This document shows positions 1 to 11,727 of a DNA stretch of 64,000 nucleotides, piece after piece. The position numbers and the translations under genes are program-made. The notes under the pieces were generated by a model that was not told where the DNA came from, ran no database searches, and saw only the letters and a list, made by a program, of their open reading frames with translations. Source of the DNA: the human T2T-CHM13v2.0 reference genome, Homo sapiens; the NCBI RefSeq assembly GCF_009914755.1, contig NC_060927.1. One strand, given 5' to 3'. Each line of letters opens with the position of its first letter. The first letter of the stretch is position 1.

Positions 1-959
1 AGCCACCACGCCCAGCCAGCATTGTATTTTATAGGCTTAAAGTAACTCTTTCCTTGTGCGAATCAGAATGCATTTTAGACTCATAGACTACCTCAGAACT
101 AATGAACCATCCTATTAAACACAATTATCTGTTGAATGCCTTCTTTTTGAAAGGTACTAGGGTATTCTTGCAGGAGAATACAAAGGTGAACAGAATACAT
201 TTTATGCCCACTGAGTTACAGTTATAAAAAAATAAAGTAGTACCTGAGGGAATAGACAATAGGTATCAAATATTTATGCCCATCATTTGATTTAAAACAT
301 TAACATTTTAACTTCTTTGAATGCAGTCACGGGAATTCCATCTCTGGAAAGTGTCCAGATGATTTTTCATTCTTACTTTTTAAAAAGGTTATTGTCCAAT
401 TTAAAATAATATTAGAAGAATAAATTGTCATTTACTGAGGCATGTACTGTTTCAAAGCCTGATTAATAACTCACAGTCTATTAAGGGCAGCTTGAGTAAA
501 TTAATAACAGCCATTAATTCTGTTTCCCACAATGTAGCCTTATTCACTTGAGTTCACATTGATTTATGTTCTTTTATGTCTTCTGTGTGCTTGTCTGTGT
601 GCACATCCATGCATACATTTGTAAACCCCACTACAGTGTTGATGAGTGCATCCAAAAGTAGATGTAAGTGGATCTACTTGTACCCCAAAGTAGAACTGAG
701 CTTTCCTACATGTTTCTTAGAGTTGCTTCTTGAAAGACAACTGATTTGAGGTCTTCCTGAATCTCATTTTGTTGAATATTTTTCCTCCAATGATAGAATC
801 ATTCAACCCTAAAATGAACACTTAGAGCAAAACAGTCTACCAAAGACATGTCATGCTATTAATGATACTAATATGAGTATTACTGGTAAGTTAGTATTTA
901 TTCCATATGGCATAAGGCTCCAGAGGGATGGTTATTACATTATTTTAGCTCTGTACTAG

Positions 960-1145
960 GCACTATTTTAAGTACTGTTGCATGTGCAACTCATTGAACC
1001 TCACAGTTTTCCCAAGGCAGTAATTTTAGCATACACATTTTATAGATTGAAAAACTGAGGCACAGAAAAATTTAGGGAAAATAGCTAATCAGTAGCAGAG
1101 CCTGTCTATAGTCCTAGACAGTCTGGCTCTGGCTCCAGCATCCCT
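960..1145 (-). mobile_element. MIR SINE fragment
   Basis: MIR core-like motif ttatagattgaaaaactgaggcacaga. Boundaries approximate. Confidence 0.6.
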
Positions 1146-1150
1146 GCTTT

Positions 1151-1208
1151 TTGTGTGGGTTTAGGGGTGGGTGTGGGTGTGTATGTGTGTGTGTGTGTGT
1201 ATGTGTGT
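1151..1208. repeat. Imperfect (TG)n microsatellite
   Basis: Directly visible. Confidence 0.85.
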
Positions 1209-1338
1209 TTTCTTTTTTCTTGAGACAGGGTCTTTCTGTGTTGCCCACACTGGTCTGAAACTCCTGTCCTCAAGCGATCCTCTTGCCTCAGCCTCCCAAA
1301 GCATTGGGATTATAGGTGTGAGCTAACCTCGCCTGGCC
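1209..1338 (-). mobile_element. Alu monomer (FLAM/AluJ-like)
   Basis: T-tract followed by gagacagggtct...cctcccaaagcattgggattataggtgtgagc. Confidence 0.85.
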
Positions 1339-1412
1339 CATCCCTGCCTTTTGAAACTGCCTTCCAGTACATCACTGTCAGACCTTTCTGACTACACAAA
1401 ACAGTGACCACC

Positions 1413-1523
1413 GATGGCTGCCGACTGCCTTTCCTCAGCTCCTGTGTCCCCTGCTTCCACCTGGGTTCCTCCAGTAGGCGGCACTGGCTGGAGACTGGGG
1501 AATGGGAGGATGGGAGAGGCCAA
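1413..1523. mobile_element. Old LTR-like fragment (ERVL LTR33/LTR16-like), diverged homolog of 3520-3630
   Basis: cccctgcttcc...ggcactggctggagactgggg motif is shared with the copies at 2940 and 3535. Family name from memory. Confidence 0.5.
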
Positions 1524-2372
1524 GGATTTGCTTACATCCAAGAGTGATGCGTCTTATAAATGTTACTACATTCATAGCTGTTCCCAGGTTTTGTTTGTAT
1601 CTTATGGAAATGCCTAATATGCAGTGGAACAAATATCAAAAATAAAAATTAAGGAATTTATTTGTAATGATTTTCATAGTAATAGACAAACTGTGGAATT
1701 TACTTGTAATGATTTTCATATTGTAGACAAGAAACTAAAGTGCTCAGAAGAAGATGCTTAAAAGGAGAGTGCTTTAGAAGGAAAATGCTTTAAAAAGTCA
1801 AACGTATACTTTTGACGTAAGGAAGAGTGAGTTTAAAAAAATTAAGAGACTGAACATGCAAATAAGCACTAAAATGGAAAAAGGACCAAGGTCAATGAGA
1901 ATGTCTGTCTGTCTCTCCACACACATATACACATACAATCTCAGTAAAAGAACGAGGAAGATTTTTTCAAATTGTGATTATGCATAAACTCTAATGAATT
2001 CATTTGTAAAAGAATATAAATCTTGCATGACAACCAAGGAGAAATACAAAAATACAAAAGTATGGTATCGACTGTTAAGACAAAAATTACTCTAAAATCC
2101 AGTATGAGGTAGGGCTTGGGCAAAAACAAACAAATCTTAAGACTATTTTTAACTGTTTAGAGCTACATAAAGAAATTGGCTTTGTCTGGATTAGAGAAGA
2201 TAAAGCCAACAAGAAACAAGAGAAGGCAAACTATGTAATTATTGCTTTTGTCGCCAAAAAAGCAATAATTTGGTGGGGAGTGGGGGGCAAGGAAAATTAT
2301 GATCAAACCAAAAAGTATAGGTAAAAAAAAAGATAATTGTATATTAAATCAAAGTTAGAAAAAGCTAAAATA

Positions 2373-2927
2373 TGATTCCTCAAGGATCTAGAACCAGAAA
2401 TACCATTTGACCCAGCAATCCCATTACTGGGCATATACCCAAAGGATTATAAATCATTCTGCTATAAAGACACATGCACATATATGTTTATTGCAGCACT
2501 GTTCACAATAGCAAAGACTTGGAACCAGCCCAATTGTCCATCAAAGATAGACTGGATAAAGAAATGTGGCACATATACACCATGGAATACTATGCAGCCA
2601 TAAAAAAGAATGAGTTCATGTCCTTTGCAAGGACATGGATGAAGCTGGAAACCATTCTCAGCAACCTAACACAGGAACAGAAAACCAAACACTGCATGTT
2701 CTCACTTATTAGTGGGAATTGAACAATGAGAACACATGGACACAGGGAGGGGAATATCACACACTGGGATCTGTTGCAGGATAGGGAGCTAGGGGAGGGA
2801 GAGCATTAGGACAAATACCTAATGTAGATGATAGGTTTATGTTGCAGCAGACCACCATGGCATGTTTATACCTATGTGACAACTGTGCACATTCTGCATA
2901 TGTATCCCATAACTTAAAGTATAAAAT
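2373..2927 (+). mobile_element. 5'-truncated L1PA 3' end (ORF2 C-terminus plus 3'UTR)
   Basis: gattcctcaaggatctagaaccagaaatacc...; ORF 2474..2722 encodes the L1 ORF2 C-terminus (WHIYTMEYYAAIKKNE); ends aacttaaagtataaaa. Confidence 0.95.
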
Positions 2928-2939
2928 ACATATGTATTT

Positions 2940-3094
2940 CCTTTCCTTGGCTCCTATGCCCCCTGCTTCCATGCAGGTTCTACTAATGGGAGACACTGGC
3001 AGGAGACTGGGAGATGGGAGGAAGGGAGAGGCCAGGGTCAACAGGGAACTGGTAAAGAGGCATCAGGGTAAGGCAGAGGCAGCTTGTCTTCCAT
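2940..3094 (+). repeat. Direct copy of 3535-3694
   Basis: Manual alignment gives about 8 substitutions and one 5-bp indel over ~155 bp. Confidence 0.93.
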
Positions 3095-3504
3095 TGGTAC
3101 ATATCCAATTTAAAAAAGGAGAAAAGCTAGAATACAATACACATGGTCTTAGTATATTAATTTAGGTTTCCAACAACAGAAAAAACAGATTGTAGGATAC
3201 CACAAGACCTTGCAAATTGGGTTTCAACCTCACTTTTGATCATCTTTGACAAGTTGTGTGAAATAGGAGAGCTCAATAGGAACAAAAAGGGGAAAAGTTC
3301 ACTTTAATTTTTAAAAAGAATAAGCCTGATTTCTCAAATACAGACGATTAATTCCTAGAAACCTTTGAAAATTATTTTAATTGGAAAATCATTCTAATCA
3401 TGTTTGAATCCACAGAAAAGAAGAAGAAAACAGGGAATTATCAAAGTCTCTCTGAAAAGGGTCATTGTCAAATGTGCCATCCCAGAGTCTCTTTGCCCTG
3501 CCCA

Positions 3505-3900
3505 CTGCCTTCTGCCCCATGTGACTGCTGACTGCCTTTCCTTGGCTCCTATGTCCCCTGCTTCCACGTAGGTTCTACTAATGGGAGACACTGACAGGAG
3601 ACTGGGAGATGGGAGAAAGGGAGAGGCCAGGTTAGGGTCAAGAGGGAACTGGTAAAGAGGCATCAGGGTAAGGCAAAGGCAGCTTCTCTTCCATGTTCCA
3701 GTGCTCTCCAGATAAGTGCCCCATGCTTCCATCTTCCACTGGGGACCTGTCCCATGGGCTTCAGTGTCACTCTTTCCGCATCTGTTTCTTCTGTGGCTTT
3801 CTGCTGTCACTAACCCCTGTGTTGCGTCACCGCCTCCTGTTTGGGTGTCTCAGTTCTTCATGGCCTGTGTAACTAACCTATTCCCTGCCTTAAATTCCCG
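3505..3900. mobile_element. Old LTR-like remnant containing the donor of the 2940-3094 copy
   Basis: Same LTR33-like motif (ggttctactaatgggagacactgacaggag). Extent approximate. Confidence 0.45.
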
Positions 3901-4601
3901 CTGCTAGTTTTGCTTTAGGTGCTTCCGTTTCCCTAATTAGACCCCGACTGGTACAAAAGCCGACCTCATTTTCTATTTGGTATAGTTACGGTTGGTCATA
4001 AAATTGAGTAAGAGAATGCTGTTGGCATGCTGTATCCAGATTTTAGCAAGACTTTTGACAGATGTTACAATGTTTTGTGAACAAAATGGGAGGAATTTCA
4101 AATGGATTAGAAAAAACATTCTTAGGTTGCTGAAGTTTATTAATGTTCAAATCATCTTCATGAAAGGGCTCTAGAAGTTTGGCAGAAGGCCCTGTCCTTG
4201 GCCATGTTTTGCTCAACATTATTACCAAAGATTTGGACAAAGACATGAAAAGCAGCTTTATTTAATGTGTGTATAATACACAGATGGAAGATAATTCACA
4301 TTTTGAAGAGATAAACTTAATAAGAAAAAATGGAAAGTCTTACATCTAAGTGCAAAACATAAATTATAAAAATACAGAATAGAAGAGATCAAGTTTACCA
4401 GCATATTATGTGGGTATAGAAAACCAGGATTTTACATGACAGTAAACCCAATACAAGCCAGAAATGTGACCTATTAAAAAAAAATTAATCTCTGGGTCCC
4501 ATTAAAAGAGCATTCCTATCAACTGACAAGTAGTTACCCCTTCTCATCTAGTATAGGCTAGGAACATAATCTTAGAAAGATATTGTTAAATTGAAATAGC
4601 C

Positions 4602-4890
4602 AGCCAGATGCAGTGGCACATGCCTGTACTTCCAGCATTTTAGGAGGCTGAGGCAGGAGGATCGCTTGAGGCCAGGAGTTGGAGAGCATCCTAGGCAACA
4701 TAGCAAGATGCCTATTCTCTACGGGTGGGGGGCGGCGGGGGGGGAGCCGGGCATAGTGGCATGAACCTGTAGTCCTAGCTACTCGGGAGGCTGAAATGTG
4801 AGGATCACTTGAACCCTGGAGGTCGAGGCTGCCATGAGCTATGATCATGCCACTGCACTCCAGGCTACATAATAGAGCACGACTCTATCA
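4602..4890 (+). mobile_element. AluJ with G-rich central linker
   Basis: Two Alu arms with AluJ-type aggatcgcttgaggccaggagtt. Confidence 0.93.
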
Positions 4891-4893
4891 TTC

Positions 4894-4954
<61 letters not shown>

Positions 4955-4994
4955 CAGATAGATAGATAGGATAGATAGATAATCTGATAGATAG
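4894..4994. repeat. (GATA)n tetranucleotide microsatellite in the Alu tail
   Basis: Directly visible, with GACA and GGAT interruptions near the 3' end. Confidence 0.97.
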
Positions 4995-7168
4995 AAAAAA
5001 TTTTGAAGTATCCATTTTCCCCAAGCTTTGTAAAGCTTTGTATCATTTACAAGTTGTGTTTGCATATACATTTCTTCACTTTTGCCTCACAACAGCCCAA
5101 TGTAGGATGTACTGTTACCCCATTTCTTAGCCTCTGTTTCCTCATAGGGGTTCAAGTCTAAGTTACATAGCTTACTGTTGGAGCTTTAAGCAAACTAGGA
5201 TGCTTGGTCATGAGCCCAGCCCCTTTCAATAAAACCCATCTCATTTCAGGACACCTACTGCATCTAGGTAAGAGGGACCCAACTTTTGAAGTGTGGAAGC
5301 CTTTACATGTGATGAGCTGTTAAGGGAGATGGGAAGAGACTTACGGGAACATAAAGTCTGTCTTCGAGTATCGTATCTGTCGTATGAGCAAGAGTGAATT
5401 CATGTGGCTTCAGGGAACAGAACTGAGGCTGATTGATTTTTGCTCAATATTTTAAAAATTCAAGCAGAACTGTTGTCTGATAGAGTGATACGCTCACTGT
5501 CTTTGTGCAAAAGTTGCTTAACTGACTCTCAGGAATACTGTAGTAAAATGAATTCCTGCCTTGGGTAGGTTAAAGTAGAAAACCTCTAGAGTGACGCCCA
5601 ACTCTGAGAGTCTGATTGGGTTTTCGGTTAATGAGTAGATTTGTGATTTGTAGTTTTAATTCAGAGTTATTTGATTTACATGTATAGTTTCACTTCCAGC
5701 AATATAATTGTTTTTCCTATAATTTAGGATTAACATAATCTGTGAAAAAATTTTTAAGAGCCTGAAATGAGGAAGTAAAGCATGACTAGTGTTCAGCGTA
5801 ATTACCTACACAAGAAATATTGTGCTATTTCCCAGAATACGTCCCCAGAGTGAATGTCTGTGTTTGTTCCATTTCATTCCTAGCTGTAGAATCCTTTCAG
5901 GGGTGATGAGAGAATCATTTTGAAATATATTGAAGCCTAGAATAGAGTTTGCAAAATATTATTAAGTTTGCTAAGATGAACCTGTGCAAATGCAAACTGT
6001 CAGCATACCACTAAAAACTAGCGCCGGTAAGGTAAATGTTCCTGAAGTGACCTATTAAAAGCCACCAGAGTGACAGTGGCTGAAAAATCATAAAATTTAC
6101 CTTGAGAATGCCTTTCTAGCCTTTTTTCCAGAACTAGTATAATTTCTCTCCCCCCACATGGGATAGTTATTCACGAAGGGCTATAGAAGTTGAGAAAGGA
6201 AAATAAAAATTATTTCAAAATTGATATAAAAATAGTACATTCTCCCATAAGAGTAAAACATGCAGGGAATATTAAAGGTCTCAGTGATTCAGAATTAAGA
6301 TAACATTTTGCTTTGAGCTTATTTCTGGTTATGTTTAATAAAGAGAAGTTCATAGTCTTCATAGCCACTTGCTGAGGTCTAAAGGTTAGCTTACCTGAAT
6401 TCCTGAAAAAGACAGCTCTGTTGTGAATCCTTAATATTTCATGTCTTCCCTGTGAATGATCCGAAGGGCTGTGTGCTCTTGTCATGTTCACTTTTTTTAA
6501 TTGCAGTGTCTGCCTCTCTCCACCCTTTCTTTAATTTCTTCCCAGACTTACTAATCATAACATAATTCTCACAGGAAGATTGGTGATGCATTGAAAATAC
6601 TAAGAGAAAAATGAGGTAAAAAAGCATCTGGTATTTAATTCAATGTATTATCCACCTAAAAATGAATTTTACAGATGGTAATGATCTCTGACAACTTGCC
6701 ATTTAATAAAATGATGGTTTTTAAAAACAGATCAGTTTCCTACTCATGTGCTTGATTTTGCATTGACTCAGCAACCCCCAATACTCTTTCCCTTCTAAGT
6801 TGCTAATACAAAGTAGATAAAATAAATTATGACTAAGACTTCCTTGCTGCCCTTGACCAAATCGGCATCATCAATCTCTTTATAAGTTCCTCAAAGGCAG
6901 ACAGACCTGACCTTATTGATTTTTGTATCATTAGTGTCCTCCATGGGGGCTGGCATTTTGGGAGCCTTGCAGTTAAGTGTGTATAAATGAAAACCCAGGC
7001 ACTGAAAACAGGTTTTACAATAAGCTTAAATTTCCCATTTTAAAAAATAGCTCTATATTAAAGTTTCAAGGTATCTGGGAGCCAGAGAGGAAAATGGCAA
7101 CTTTCCCCTTGAATGTTCTGTACGTGAAATTTGGGAGTTTTGATGAGAAATATAAAAACTTAACCAAA

Positions 7169-7487
7169 TTGGGGCCAGATGGGTTTTGGTGTTCAGAATC
7201 TTTCAGATTTTAGGAAAATTATACAGTAGATACATATTACACTAAGTAACTTCCCCAGTGCATATTTGAATGCACCACTATTCCAATAACAAAAAGTATG
7301 AATGGTCACAGTAAGTGAAATAAACTATTTAAGACTATAAAGTTTCAGGTTGGTTCAGGTCAGAATTTGCAGCCAGCTGAGTTCACATCAGATCAATTTG
7401 CCAGCAAGTGAGTTAAGAAAACAAAAACAAGTTTGTTCTCAGAGCATTTATGACTTTAGAGTTGTCTATCAGCATTTGTGGACCTAT
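7169..7487 (+). mobile_element. MER46C-like TcMar-Tigger DNA transposon
   Basis: ttggggccagatg...ttcagaatctttcagattttagg...ttcaggtcag...tgtggaccta matches the recalled consensus. Confidence 0.7.
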
Positions 7488-7648
7488 AATGTTTTGTTCA
7501 TTAATCAAAACCTTCTGTAATTGTTTAGCAAATGGTTATATCATTTCTAATTTCAAGTGGACAGGTAGAAATTATTTCTGCTTTCCTCATTTCCCCTGGA
7601 AAAAAAGAAAAGGCAGATATCTGAACAGAGTTTGAGGATGATTAAATA

Positions 7649-7887
7649 CAGGTTGAGCATTCCTAATCTGAAAATCCAAACTCCAAAATACTGCCAAATC
7701 CAAAACTTTTTGTGTACCAACAAGAAGCTCAAAGGAAATGCTCATTGGAGCATTTCGGATTTCTGATTTTTGGTTTAAGAATTCTCAACCAGTAAGTATA
7801 TAACGCAAACATTCCAAAATAAAAAAAAAATCCAAAATTTGAAACACTTTCGTTTTCAAGCATTTCGGATAAGGGATATTCAGCCTG
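7649..7887. mobile_element. Tigger4a/Zombi-like MITE
   Basis: TIRs ta|caggttgagcattcctaatc ... ggataagggatattcagcctg; ~240 bp. Confidence 0.85.
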
Positions 7888-8353
7888 TGCTACAGTTAAG
7901 TACATCGTTTCACTTAGACCACACAGAATCCTCTGAGATAGGTCCTAGGATCGTTTTCCTTTTACAGAAGCCACAGAGGAGTGAGGGGGTAAGTGATTCA
8001 TTCTGGGTCACAAAGTTAATAAGTAGCAAAACTAAGAATCAGACTTGGGTCTTTCAACTCTGAATCCCTTCCTCCTTCTTCCAGGTCTTGTTTTCATAGG
8101 AAAAGCTTCTGTTGAAGCTAGAAAATGACAATTCAGAGATACGTTTGACGAGTTAAATGACTGTATAACAGTGCCCACAGCCTTCTATCAATTTGATTCA
8201 TTTCAGTTAGTTTGGCAGAAGTGGGCTGATTGTTGTAAAGTTTAAAGTGTGTTTTGATTATTTTTAAAACAGATATAATTGAAAACTTTAATTTTGAAGG
8301 TGGAATAATAAGGATACTTTCGGGTGCTCTCCCATTTTGTTTTAATTGTTTAG

Positions 8354-9362
8354 ATGTGCCTGGCATCAGAAGGGATGAAAATGGAAGAATCAAAGCTAAT
8401 AAAAGCAAAAGAATCCGATGGTGGAAGAATTAAAGAATTAGAGAAGGGAAAGGAAGAAAAAGAAATTAAAATGGAGAAAACAGATGAAACTAGGTTACAG
8501 AAGGAAGCAGAATTTGAAAAATCGGCTAAGGAAAATTTAAGAGATTCTAAGGAATTGAGAAATTTTGAGGCATTGCAAATAGATGACATAATGGCTATAA
8601 AAATGGAAGATCCCAAAGAAATTAGAAAGGAAGAGTTAGAAGAAGATCACAAATGTAGTCATTTTCCTGATTTTTCTTATTCTGCCAGTAGCAAGATAAT
8701 AATTAGTGATGTTCCCAGTAGAAAGGATCATATGTGCCATCCTCATGGAATTATGATCATTGAGGATCCCGCAGCATTAAACAAGCCAGAAAAGCTAAAA
8801 AAGAAAAAGAAGAAAAGCAAAATGGATCGACATGGAAATGATAAATCCACACCCAAGAAGACTTGCAAAAAGAGGCAGTCTTCGGAATCTGACATTGAGA
8901 GCGTCATATATACCATTGAAGCCGTCGCAAAAGGAGACTGGGGCATAGAGAAACTTGGAGATACCCCTCGCAAGAAGGTCCGCACATCCTCAAGTGGCAA
9001 GGGAAGCATTTTGGATGCCAAGCCACCAAAGAAAAAAGTGAAATCAAGAGAGAAGAAAATGTCAAAGGAGAAATCCTCAGACACCACCAAAGAGTCAAGA
9101 CCTCCAGATTTCATTAGTATTTCTGCTAGCAAGAACATTTCTGGTGAGACACCAGAGGGTATAAAAGCAGAACCATTGACCCCTATGGAAGATGCACTAC
9201 CACCCAGCCTATCAGGACAGGCCAAGCCTGAGGACAGTGACTGTCACAGAAAAATAGAAACTTGTGGTTCCAGGAAATCCGAGAGGTCTTGCAAAGGTGC
9301 TCTTTATAAAACCCTGGTGTCTGAGGGCATGCTCACCTCTCTGCGAGCTAATGTTGACAGAG
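8354..9362 (+). CDS. BBX: BBX large internal coding exon (1009 nt; MCLASEG...ANVDR-G)
   Basis: Acceptor ttgtttag|ATG and donor AG|gtaagt. The Lys/Glu-rich translation with a KKKKKK NLS is recognised as human BBX. The ATG is an internal Met, not the start. Phase 0 to 1. Confidence 0.97.
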
Positions 9363-9826
9363 GTAAGTAACTTCTACAAACCTGAAAAGAATTCAAAAAC
9401 CAAACAGAATTTCACCTTTAGACCTATTGAAAACAACTGCCATAAAAAACAATATGGTATCAAAATAATACCTTACATTTGTATATTTCTTTATGGTTTA
9501 TAGATCATAATTATTTGTTACTTTACTTACATGTTTTCTAGCACCATTAAGGGAAGTGTATTCATTTTGTAGGTAGTTCTCAGGATGTAATTAAAGTAAT
9601 TTTAATCTCTTCTTTCCCCCCACTGGTATGGGCTGGCTGTTTGTTTTGAAAGATTATTATTAAATATTCAGAGCTTTAGGTTTGGTTTTGAAAACTGGTG
9701 GAATTTCGAGAATCAAGCACGTATGTTTGTCAGAATCTTCACCTGTAGGCTCTAGAAGCAACTGCCTTTCTCTCTTCATTAGGTAATCAAAGCTGTAACT
9801 GAAGTGGGCCAGGCACAGTGGCTTAC

Positions 9827-9880
9827 ACCTGTAGTCCCAGCGCTTTGGGAGGCCAAGGCGGGTGCATCATTTGAACCGAA
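9827..9880 (+). mobile_element. Alu 5' fragment
   Basis: ggccaggcacagtggcttacacctgtagtcccagcgctttgggaggcc. Confidence 0.85.
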
Positions 9881-10444
9881 GAGCTCTTTAAAACATTATA
9901 ATGTCCAGAAAATAGTTAACCTGTTTACCTTTATTCCATTGAGTGTTTTATATAAATTCTCTATTTTAAAATATAGCATCTGCCTGGAGGACTACCTTTT
10001 GCCAAGCTATATTCCAACAAGACATGTGTGAGTCCTAGGTCTAACAAGCCCCAAATGAAGATACTTGGGCCTATTTCATCCCCAGGGATGTCAGTTCAGT
10101 GAGTTTTAGGGAAATTAGACTGAATAGTGCCCACCAGCAAAGGACTCCCATACCTTGGCTGGTTTTTGAATGGAAAAGCTAGCAGCAGTTAGTCTGTCTC
10201 TTTGAGTCATGTGATACCTGTTGAATTACATGACAATTAATCCCAGAAGCTCTAAGTCACTTTTCTGCATGTTCCATTATTAAAGATGGTCCAGCATGAA
10301 TCACTCTGAGAACTCTGAAATAGCTACAGTTAGCTTCATGCAAATGATATGCAAGCAGTCAAGAGGTTGCTCGTGAAGCAACTAACATCATCTCCCCTCG
10401 CCCACCTGTATACCAAACACATCCTTTCTCTTGAATTTTCTTAG

Positions 10445-10583
10445 GAAAACGAAGCTCAGGAAAAGGAAACTCCTCTGATCATGAAGGGTGTTGGAATGAA
10501 GAAAGCTGGACATTTAGTCAGAGTGGGACCAGTGGGAGCAAGAAGTTCAAGAAGACAAAGCCAAAAGAAGACTGTCTCCTTGG
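10445..10583 (+). CDS. BBX: BBX coding exon (139 nt; GKRSSGKG...EDCLLG)
   Basis: Boundaries ttttcttag|GA and GG|gtaagt. Continues the frame from the previous exon (phase 1 to 2). Confidence 0.96.
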
Positions 10584-11594
10584 GTAAGTGCCTGTGAGCA
10601 CAGTCACCTGTACTCCACAAGCCTCAAGTGTGGGTGGGATTTTCAAGGTAAACAGATCACTAACTACGCATGCTTGTTCTTTGACTACTCGCTCAGGACT
10701 TCCTACAATCTTAGTAGGCACCCTAGTGAACACAAATCAAGTGCATCACATCATTCCTGCTGTTAACATGGTCATGTGAATGACAGTAACATTCACATTT
10801 TGATCATAGTGAAAATATATAGACTTTAGACTTGGACCTGAGTTTGAATCAACATCCCTTCACCAGGATGCATTTTTCCATCCGAAGCTTAGAATGGATA
10901 GTATTAGCATGTTTACATTTTGCCCATTTTACATACTATATGTATTTATTGTTTATAAAATGACAGCTGAAAAATGTAAGGTAAATGAAATTATGCTTCT
11001 ATCGCCAACTTTATTTTGTTCCAGCTGTCTTCTGTTGCTCTAAGATAAAAATATTAGGTCAAATATTCTGCTGTAGAGAACATTCAATATATTAATTATA
11101 TATTGAAATGCAGTATTAAGCAATGGCATGCATCAAGATAAAATCACTTAAGAATTATTTTATATTTAACGTTATGCCAAAGACTGTTAATAACCATCTT
11201 AATATAAAGTATTTTGTTAGTTAAGAGATCCAATACTTTATACTGGTGAGGAAAGTATCTGCATATTCAGTTAGACTATTTTGAAAATTCTTGAGGTTTC
11301 TTGTCGGCTCAATTTGAAAAGAATACTTTGAATAGAAATAAGTACATTGTTATATTCACCATATTTTTTCAAAAGTGTGTTTAAAGCTATGCAAATTGTA
11401 TGCATTGGGTGTATTGTATTTGATTTATTCATAATATTTGCATATCTCTTTGTGGAATAATATATTTTTCCTTAGATGTCACAGTGCTTTAAGTCTGGCT
11501 AATTCTAAGGCTCTAGGTCATCACAAAGTAGCGAGGTAGAAATTATTTCCCATAGTGCTGGCTCTTTAAGATTATTTTTATTGAAATGATATAT

Positions 11595-11727
11595 TTATAA
11601 TTTTATGTATTTCATTTCTAATATTTTTAAAAATCCAAAGTACTTCAAATTAATTTTGCTTATAATTTTATGTATTTCATTTCTAATATTTTTAAAAATC
11701 CAAAGTACTTCAAATTAGTTTTGCTTA
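11595..11727. repeat. 65-bp tandem duplication
   Basis: Unit ttataattttatgtatttcatttc...caaattaattttgc repeats at 11660 with one mismatch. Confidence 0.95.

Noticed and set aside
2474-2722. ORFs with L1 ORF2 similarity (also 21310..21564 and 55448..55792)
   Set aside because: Fragments of dead L1 copies, not functional RT genes.
8743-9225. 160-aa antisense ORF (also 8350..8616)
   Set aside because: Shadow of the purine-rich BBX exon; the poly-Phe/Ser composition mirrors Lys/Glu codons and there are no independent gene signals.
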